Source: Treponemataceae bacterium (GTDB lineage Bacteria > Spirochaetota > Spirochaetia > Treponematales > Rectinemataceae). Taken from it: a stretch of DNA of 22,450 nucleotides. This document shows, piece by piece, positions 16,835-22,450 of the stretch (position 1 is the stretch's first letter; each line of letters opens with the position of its first letter). Below the pieces are notes generated by a model. The model saw only the letters and a program-made list of their open reading frames with translations, was not told the origin of the DNA and searched no databases. The DNA lies in the NCBI GenBank assembly GCA_963677895.2, contig CAXXGJ010000028.1, positions 1-22,450 of the forward strand, in the 5' to 3' direction. The position numbers and the translations under genes were made by a program.

Positions 16835-16953
16835 ACCTAATAACCGCTTCAACTATATAAATCATTTGGTATGGTTCTAGCAAAAAGATTGCGCAAGAAC
16901 CACACCAAGCCCTTCAGGTACTGATTTAAAGAAAGGTTAAGCAATTTTTAGAC
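16835..16953 (+). repeat. attC-like site 2 (119 bp), same family as site 1
   Basis: R'' ACCTAAT, L'' GCTTCAA, stem TTGGTATGGTTCTAGC / GCAAGAACCACACCAA, L' TTAAGC, R' TTTAGAC. Box spacings are identical to site 1. Confidence 0.8.
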
Positions 16954-17014
16954 GGACGCTCTGCCGCGTTTCGCATACAGTAAAAGCACGGATAATTCGT
17001 AAAGGAATTAAAAA

Positions 17015-17338
17015 ATGATTGGAAAATATAAAATCATAACGCTTTGCGGAAGCACACGCTTTAAAGAACAATTTATTGAACAACAGAAGAGATTAACGCT
17101 TGACGGTGTCATAGTTATGTCAGTCGGACTTTTCGGGCACTCTGGCGACACAATAACTGACGAACAAAAGATCATGCTTGATGATATGCATAAGCGTAAA
17201 ATCGACATGGCTGACAGTGTTTTCGTTATAAACGTTGGTGGGTATATTGGATCGTCAACAAGAAGCGAGATTGATTACGCACTCTGCATGGGCAAATCGG
17301 TTGATTATCTTGAGCCGCCTAACCATGATTTAACCTGA
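17015..17338 (+). CDS. Small nucleoside 2-deoxyribosyltransferase-like protein; cassette 3
   Basis: IITLCGSTRF...KIDMADSVFVIN..GYIGSSTRSEIDYA resembles the NDT-like flavodoxin fold with a conserved Glu. AAAGGA RBS. Confidence 0.7.
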   Translation: MIGKYKIITLCGSTRFKEQFIEQQKRLTLDGVIVMSVGLFGHSGDTITDEQKIMLDDMHKRKIDMADSVFVINVGGYIGSSTRSEIDYALCMGKSVDYLEPPNHDLT

Positions 17339-17376
17339 CTCAGTCTGCAACTTCGCAGGTTAAATAGTAGCTAAGA
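17317..17376 (+). repeat. attC-like site 3 (60 bp, short type)
   Basis: R'' GCCTAAC, perfect 10-bp stem ATTTAACCTG (17328-17337) / CAGGTTAAAT (17356-17365), R' GCTAAGA at the same spacing as the other sites. Confidence 0.7.
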
Positions 17377-17390
17377 AAATTGGAGGAATA

Positions 17391-18758
17391 ATGCCAATGC
17401 ATTCAAGGATCACTCTTTCTATGACGGTCCTGCTTGTATTTTTAACTTCCTGTACATCAAACCCCTATGTCACAAAAGAAATTGACACGAAAAATCCTTA
17501 CCAAAGGGATTTTTTGATTCTTGCTGATTACATTCGTAAAAACCATGCCGGTTTTTACAAGACTCCTTTGCAGACAGTTTCATTTCATGATTATGACGAG
17601 TTAGTCGCCACGACTGCGCAGAGGCTTAAGAATGTCAGCAATACTTCTGATTTCTATTACGAAATCGCTCCATTCATCACTTCATTGCATGACGGACACA
17701 CAAGAATCAATACATCGGTTGGAAAATCTATGGGCATTGGCGCTTGGTGGTTCGATTATAAGCTTATCATTACTTCTGTCACCGATCCCTCGGCCGCCGA
17801 AATCCTGTATTCAGAGATTATGGCCATATCCGGCAAGCCAGTTGGAGACATCGAAAAAATCGCCAATCAGTTTATTCCTGCGGATATGGGCCAGGATGAC
17901 TATAAAAAAATGTATAGCCCTGACCTGATGCTATCCAGTTTCCTTCTTCTTCACTTGGGGCTGATGAACGAGAGAGAGGAAGTTGAGCTTACAGTGGTGC
18001 AAAATGGTGAGAAAAGGAATATTACCTTAGGGTGTACCTTCCCTTCTGCCTCAAGCGCATACGCCATTCCGGCAAGATTCCGAAACGATACTACTGAAAT
18101 TAAGCCTGGTAATACGTACGCCATCATTCCAGATTCGAACAGTTTATATGTGCAGCTTAATTCTTTGCCTCAATCAGGTTATTCCGAGTTTTGGCATGAA
18201 GCATTCGCTTTCGCGCGAAAGAATAAAGCGACCTCCCTTATTCTTGACCTAAGAAATAATTCTGGAGGAAACAGCATTTGGTGCAATGAATTTCTTTCGT
18301 ATATCATCGATAAGCCTAGGGATCTCTATGTCTACGATGGCTGGAAATCCAATTTTCCACATGGAAATGTTAAAGTCTCCAAAGGGCTCTGGCATATGGC
18401 ACCAAAAAATCGCGAACTTTCCTTTACAGGAAAAATCGTGGTTTTGACGAGTCGTCAAACATTCAGCTCGGCGACTTTTTTCGTCGTCGCGATTAAAGAC
18501 AATGATTTAGGAATCATCATAGGCGACCAAGTCGGAAACGGTTCCATACGTTATGGTTTCATGTCCGATCCTATCACCTTGCCGTATACGAAAATAAAGT
18601 TCGCGACGACCCACTATATCTGGGCAAGAGCCAATAAAGAAATGCTCACCAAGGAAGGCGCTTCGATATTGCCCAATATCAGGGTTTATGAAACAATCGA
18701 GGACCTGAAAAGCGGAACCGATCCAGTCTATGAGAAGGCGATAGAGTACTTGGAATGA
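17391..18758 (+). CDS. S41 family peptidase, lipoprotein
   Basis: GGAGGA RBS, lipobox LLVFLTSC, LHDGHT, LILDLRNNSGGN, TFSSA, IIGDQVG. Confidence 0.88.
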   Translation: MPMHSRITLSMTVLLVFLTSCTSNPYVTKEIDTKNPYQRDFLILADYIRKNHAGFYKTPLQTVSFHDYDELVATTAQRLKNVSNTSDFYYEIAPFITSLHDGHTRINTSVGKSMGIGAWWFDYKLIITSVTDPSAAEILYSEIMAISGKPVGDIEKIANQFIPADMGQDDYKKMYSPDLMLSSFLLLHLGLMNEREEVELTVVQNGEKRNITLGCTFPSASSAYAIPARFRNDTTEIKPGNTYAIIPDSNSLYVQLNSLPQSGYSEFWHEAFAFARKNKATSLILDLRNNSGGNSIWCNEFLSYIIDKPRDLYVYDGWKSNFPHGNVKVSKGLWHMAPKNRELSFTGKIVVLTSRQTFSSATFFVVAIKDNDLGIIIGDQVGNGSIRYGFMSDPITLPYTKIKFATTHYIWARANKEMLTKEGASILPNIRVYETIEDLKSGTDPVYEKAIEYLE

Positions 18759-19801
18759 TGTTCGATATTATCATTATCGGCGCGGGTCCTGCCGGCGCAA
18801 CATTCGCGCGATTGGCGGAACGACACCTAAATATACTCCTCGTGGAAAAAAGCCTGGATCGTGAAAAATGCTGCGGAGGCCTTGTGGCGCCCGACGCGCA
18901 GAAAATGTTCGCGCGCTTCGATCTTGGAATTCCCAAGGAAATAATATCCGATCCACAGCTCTTCTACGTCAGGTCCATCGACCTTGAAACCAATCGCGAG
19001 GGCAAATACCAAAGACATTACACCAATATAAACAGAAGGCTACTCGATCAATATCTTATCAAGAAATTGCCCAGCAACGTGAAGCACATGGCCGGGGGGC
19101 AGTATTTAGGGCATAGGCAAGAGAAGGGCGAGATCATCGTATCCATACGACATAACGGAGAAGTAGCGGAACATTCATGCAGGGTCCTGGTGGGCGCCGA
19201 TGGCGCCCATTCATCGGTGAGGAAAGCTCTTTACGACGATTTTCACAAAATCAGGAAATACCTGGCAATTCAGGGAGAATATAGGCTGGAAACATCCATC
19301 AACCACTATGCCGTGTTTTTCGACCGGGGCATAAGCGATTTTTACTCCTGGCTGATACCGAAGGGCGACACCGTTCTGGTTGGAGGCGCCTTTGACGAAA
19401 GGAATAACGCCAAACAAAAGTACCGGAAATTGATCGAGGAAGTGGTTTTATATGGCTATAGCTTGGGGGCTCCAGTAAAGCTGGATGCGTGCTATCTATT
19501 ACGCCCGCGGTTGAGGGACATAAAAACCGGCCAAGGCGGCGTCGCGTTGATAGGCGAAGCCGCCGGCCTTATCAGCCCAAGCTCGTCGGAAGGATTGAGC
19601 TACGCCTATCGAAGCGCCTATACGCTGGCCAAAACGCTACAAGATGCCGCCGCCTTCGATATCAAGAAGTATGATAAAGGCATCCTCGGACTTCGGATAA
19701 ATATCTTCATGAAAAACATCAAGGGACTCTTCATCTACAATTCTTTTTTAAGGAACCTGATATTCAAGATGAATATCGGCACCATTAAAAATGGCCGATA
19801 G
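18755..19801 (+). CDS. cbrA: FAD-dependent oxidoreductase, CbrA (YidS)/geranylgeranyl reductase family
   Basis: GAGPAG, KCCGGLVAPDAQ, DPQLFYVRSID, YQRHYTNINR, VGADGAHS, FYSW..PK, IGEAAGLISPSSSEGLSYA closely follow E. coli CbrA. Confidence 0.85.
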   Translation: MMFDIIIIGAGPAGATFARLAERHLNILLVEKSLDREKCCGGLVAPDAQKMFARFDLGIPKEIISDPQLFYVRSIDLETNREGKYQRHYTNINRRLLDQYLIKKLPSNVKHMAGGQYLGHRQEKGEIIVSIRHNGEVAEHSCRVLVGADGAHSSVRKALYDDFHKIRKYLAIQGEYRLETSINHYAVFFDRGISDFYSWLIPKGDTVLVGGAFDERNNAKQKYRKLIEEVVLYGYSLGAPVKLDACYLLRPRLRDIKTGQGGVALIGEAAGLISPSSSEGLSYAYRSAYTLAKTLQDAAAFDIKKYDKGILGLRINIFMKNIKGLFIYNSFLRNLIFKMNIGTIKNGR

Positions 19802-19823
19802 CATCAAGCCGCTATTTCCCGCC

Positions 19824-20156
19824 TTAAATCCCGCGCCCTTTGGAACCTGAAGTCTCTAGAGATTCCTGATAGATGTCGGCGTAGGTTTTCAAGCCTTTGA
19901 TCAGGTCGTCGCAGAAAGCCGCCACGTCGCTGCCCGTCACTTCAAGCACGCCCTTGCCCGAGGCCACGCCCTCCTCAAAAAGATCCATGATCCCCAAGAG
20001 TAAATTCGTCCCTTCGGCCAACTCGACAGGGCCGGCCTTGAAGAGGTATTTTTGAATTTCCTTATAAACGATCCGGTACTCTTTCGGGAGCGCTTTGACG
20101 CGCGCCACATGGGCTCGCCACTCTTTTTTCCCTTCGATGATATCGTGCATGCTCAT
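19824..20156 (-). CDS. DUF1048 domain protein
   Basis: KKEWRA..ARVKALPKEY...LFEEG..G..VLEVTGSDVAAFCDDL. Confidence 0.88.
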   Translation of the reverse strand: MSMHDIIEGKKEWRAHVARVKALPKEYRIVYKEIQKYLFKAGPVELAEGTNLLLGIMDLFEEGVASGKGVLEVTGSDVAAFCDDLIKGLKTYADIYQESLETSGSKGRGI

Positions 20157-20165
20157 GGTATTCTC

Positions 20166-20513
20166 CTATTTGCCTAATTTTTTAGCGACAGCGTGGTTGA
20201 GTTGCGCTCGCCACTTGTCTTGGAAAGACTTCGCCCCTTCTTCGCCGACGAGGGCTGAACAGAAGCCTTTGATATCGTCGCCCAATACTTCTTGAACAGT
20301 CTGCCCCTCCGCCGCTGTTTCTTCGAGGAGTCCCAGCACGCCGTCAATGATGGGCATGAGGTTGCGGCCGGTGAAGTCTGAACGCGGCCATAGATTGGCT
20401 TTGATTTTTTCCCATGCCGCCTGATAATCGGCGGGCAGTTTTTTGGCTCGCGACTCAAAAGCCTTCAATGCTTTATCCATGTCGCTGCCGGTGATTTTTT
20501 CCCAAAAGTTCAT
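20166..20513 (-). CDS. DUF1048 domain protein
   Basis: MNFWEKITGSDM...RAKKLPADY...VLGDDIKGFCSAL. The ATG overlaps the padR stop, and GGAG lies upstream. Confidence 0.88.
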   Translation of the reverse strand: MNFWEKITGSDMDKALKAFESRAKKLPADYQAAWEKIKANLWPRSDFTGRNLMPIIDGVLGLLEETAAEGQTVQEVLGDDIKGFCSALVGEEGAKSFQDKWRAQLNHAVAKKLGK

Positions 20514-20840
20514 TCTTGGCTCTCCTTCAGCTCGTCCAATTTCGATGACAAGAATTCCCATTTTTCCCAGAACTTCAGCAGTTCCTTGCGCCCCGAGTCG
20601 TTCAACGCGAAAAACTTGCGCGGCGGACCCATATCGGAGGGTCTTTTTTCCATGTCCACGAGCTCATTCTTCTCAAGCCGTACCAAAATCGTGTAGACCG
20701 TTCCTTCCACGACATCGGTGAAGCCAAGAGCGTTCAGCCCGCCTCGTTATTTCATAACCGTAGGTTTCTCCGCGGCTTATGATTTCAAGAACGCAGCCCT
20801 CAAGCACGCCTTTCAGCATTTCAGTCAGGTTTTCCAGCAC
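20510..20840 (-). CDS. PadR family transcriptional regulator; apparent 1-nt insertion frameshift at 20738-20740
   Basis: TEMLKGVLEGCVL...ETYGYEI continues in another frame as EGTVYTILVRLEK...GPPRKFF. Removing one base restores RRLNALGFTDVVEG. Confidence 0.9.
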
Positions 20841-20852
20841 GATCAGCCTCGC

Positions 20853-20923
20853 TATTCGGTATGACGTATATTCAGTATCACTGACTACCACTACACAGTA
20901 ATACTTATTAGCTTGACTGTCAA
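20853..20923 (-). promoter_or_regulatory. padR promoter with three tandem putative operator boxes
   Basis: Minus strand TTGACA-N17-TACTGT. Boxes (plus strand) TATTCGGTATGACGTATA, TATTCAGTATCACTGACTA (TCAGT-N3-ACTGA dyad) and TACACAGTAATACTTATTA. Confidence 0.65.
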
Positions 20924-21036
20924 TAGTAATTATTTAAAAAAGGTAGTTTCACACGCGCTTCGCGTACTGCTCGCCCGAGGCGTTGAAGTGGACGATTATG
21001 CCGAGTACTATAGAAAGCATCAAGGAAAGCGGAAAA

Positions 21037-21585
21037 ATGACCCCCATCTCACCCGAATCCAAATACTTCCCCTTGAGCCTCGAATCCCTGCGGGCGCTCG
21101 GCGGCTGGGCCGCGGACTGCGCGGAGAGGGTCTTGGGCGTATACGAGGCATTTTCGGGCGAGGATCCGCGCCCTCGCGAAGCCATAGAAGGGATCAGGGC
21201 ATTTGCCGCCGGGGGCGCCAGGACCGCCAAGCTGCGTACCCTCGCCCTGGCAGCCTATGCCGCGGCCAGGGAATCGAACGATCCTGCGGCATCGGCCGCC
21301 GCCAATGCCGCATGCCTCGCGGCCTCGAGTGCCTACACCCATCCCTTGGCTGATATCCAGCAGACAAAACACATTCTCGGCCCTGCGGCCTACGCGGCTC
21401 TCGCCCTGGAATTCAGCCATCCCGAGGATACGGATATAGGCGACCGGGAGATCAGCTGGGCTATAGAGCGCATCCCGCGGGAAGCGCGGGAAATTCTTCT
21501 CCATATGCCCGCGAGAAATCCCGGAACGGGAAATCGCCTCGACCGGCTGATGTACGATCTGGACGTGGGTATTCGAGGAAAATAA
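21037..21585 (+). CDS. Imm5-like putative immunity protein (helical)
   Basis: LGGWAADCAERVL..YE...EDPRPREAIE...AYAAAR...AAANAA..A.AYTHP matches the family pattern. Start is uncertain. Confidence 0.75.
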   Translation: MTPISPESKYFPLSLESLRALGGWAADCAERVLGVYEAFSGEDPRPREAIEGIRAFAAGGARTAKLRTLALAAYAAARESNDPAASAAANAACLAASSAYTHPLADIQQTKHILGPAAYAALALEFSHPEDTDIGDREISWAIERIPREAREILLHMPARNPGTGNRLDRLMYDLDVGIRGK

Positions 21586-21591
21586 TTACGC

Positions 21592-22022
21592 TTAGGCTTT
21601 TCCCAGCATCTTCAGGATTATGTTCGCGGGGAAAATCTTCCGCTTCATTACGACGGACAAGGCGTACAGGCCCTGCGCCGCTCCAATAACGAAGATCGCG
21701 ATATGCATGGCGTTTATTTCTTCCATTACCCAGCATTGGATGACGATCCAGCCAAGCGTGACGGCGGCCATCGCTCCCTGAACATATGGGGCGAATCGCG
21801 CATTTTTCCAGACGACTATCCCCGTCCCTATGTGCCCGATCCCTATCACGATGAGGAGGGTCAAAACGGAATGAAGAAATCGCTGAATGGGCCATTCCGC
21901 AAGATATCCGTCGAAATGCCAAAGGGTCCCGCCGGCGTCGATGCCGCCGCGTATCCGCCCAACAAGCCCAACATGCCGACAAAGAAATGCAGCGCTATCA
22001 CCGCGATCCTAAGTATTTTCAT
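21592..22022 (-). CDS. Hypothetical 4-TM membrane protein; frameshift near 21863-21867
   Basis: Two abutting ORFs join as ...LRNGPFSDFFIPx-LTLLIVIGIGH..., giving one continuous membrane protein. Confidence 0.7.
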
Positions 22023-22150
22023 AGACAAAACATCGACAGCAAAATGCGCGATCTCAATAGGGATTTTCATGGGTAAAATCTAGAAAATCCGCAACTATGC
22101 TGCGGAAAATCGTAAAAACTCCAGCAAGGCTCGTCGCGGCGCTATAGTTT

Positions 22151-22159
22151 TGGTAGAAT
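22151..22159 (+). promoter_or_regulatory. Extended -10 element upstream of the XRE gene
   Basis: TGGTAGAAT (TGn-TAGAAT). Confidence 0.45.
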
Positions 22160-22190
22160 GAAAGTCCGTGGGCGCGCGGAGCGGGGAAGC

Positions 22191-22450
22191 GTGGAATTCA
22201 ACGAAAAACTGCAGTTCTTCAGAAAGAAGAGCGGCTTGACTCAGGAACAGCTGGCCGAAAAGCTCAATATATCCAGGACCGCCGTGTCGAAATGGGAGAG
22301 CGGCAGGGGATTCCCCAATATAGAGGCGCTCAAGAACATTTCCAAGGTTTTTCAGATCCCATCGATGACCTTCTTTCGGGCGAGGAACTCATCACTATCG
22401 CCGAGAGCGATAACGCCGCTGGTCTGGATAAGGTCTACAGCCTTGCCTTC
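22191..22450 (+). CDS. XRE family HTH transcriptional regulator, 3'-partial; frameshift near 22358-22360
   Basis: Hand translation from GTG: MEFNEKLQFFRKKSGLTQEQLAEKLNISRTAVSKWESGRGFPNIEALKNISKVFQI, then IDDLLSGEELITIAE in the shifted frame. Confidence 0.9.
   Translation, partial: MEFNEKLQFFRKKSGLTQEQLAEKLNISRTAVSKWESGRGFPNIEALKNISKVFQIPSMTFFRARNSSLSPRAITPLVWIRSTALP

Larger units (their letters stand above)
14314..17376 (+). mobile_element. Integron-type gene cassette array with no integrase in the window (CALIN-like); at least 3 complete cassettes
   Basis: Core site GTTAGGT at 14314, three attC-like imperfect palindromes each directly after a co-oriented gene, and a sharp GC drop (spot counts 16/60 GC at line 15361 vs 43/60 at line 10141). 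Confidence 0.85.

Noticed and set aside
16358..16852. 164-aa minus-strand ORF within cassette 2
   Set aside because: Antisense to the DUF6414-like gene; no RBS or recognisable motif.
15197..17376. CRISPR or REP interpretation of the repeats
   Set aside because: The repeats are separated by whole genes, are too long and divergent, and no cas genes are present.
19798..19820. Possible fourth attC or terminator after cbrA
   Set aside because: Only a 5-bp stem (ATAGC/GCTAT); no RYYYAAC or L boxes.

Overview
GC-rich bacterial chromosome segment, probably from a spirochaete (inferred from gene content and a spirochaete-type lipobox). Bases 1-14276 are a mostly housekeeping backbone: an uncharacterised B12-binding/TIM-barrel enzyme paired with a Ddl-like ATP-grasp ligase, a stand-alone E2-type acyltransferase domain, an FmdB zinc ribbon, kbl, a rhomboid protease, exonuclease III, a large HExxH surface protein, a JAB/RadC-fused DinG helicase, manA and yaiI. 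Immediately after yaiI the DNA becomes very AT-rich and forms an integron-type gene-cassette array with no integrase in the window. It has a GTTAGGT core site at 14314 and three attC-like sites (15197-15321, 16835-16953, 17317-17376). These delimit a DUF4145/HEPN cassette, a three-gene membrane + DUF6414-like cassette and an NDT-like cassette, followed by an S41 lipoprotein peptidase coupled to a CbrA homologue. All three attC sites are damaged at conserved positions, suggesting a frozen array. The right end has a PadR-DUF1048-DUF1048 operon, an Imm5-like gene, a membrane protein and an XRE regulator. Six single-base frameshifts in otherwise intact genes are most likely sequencing errors.
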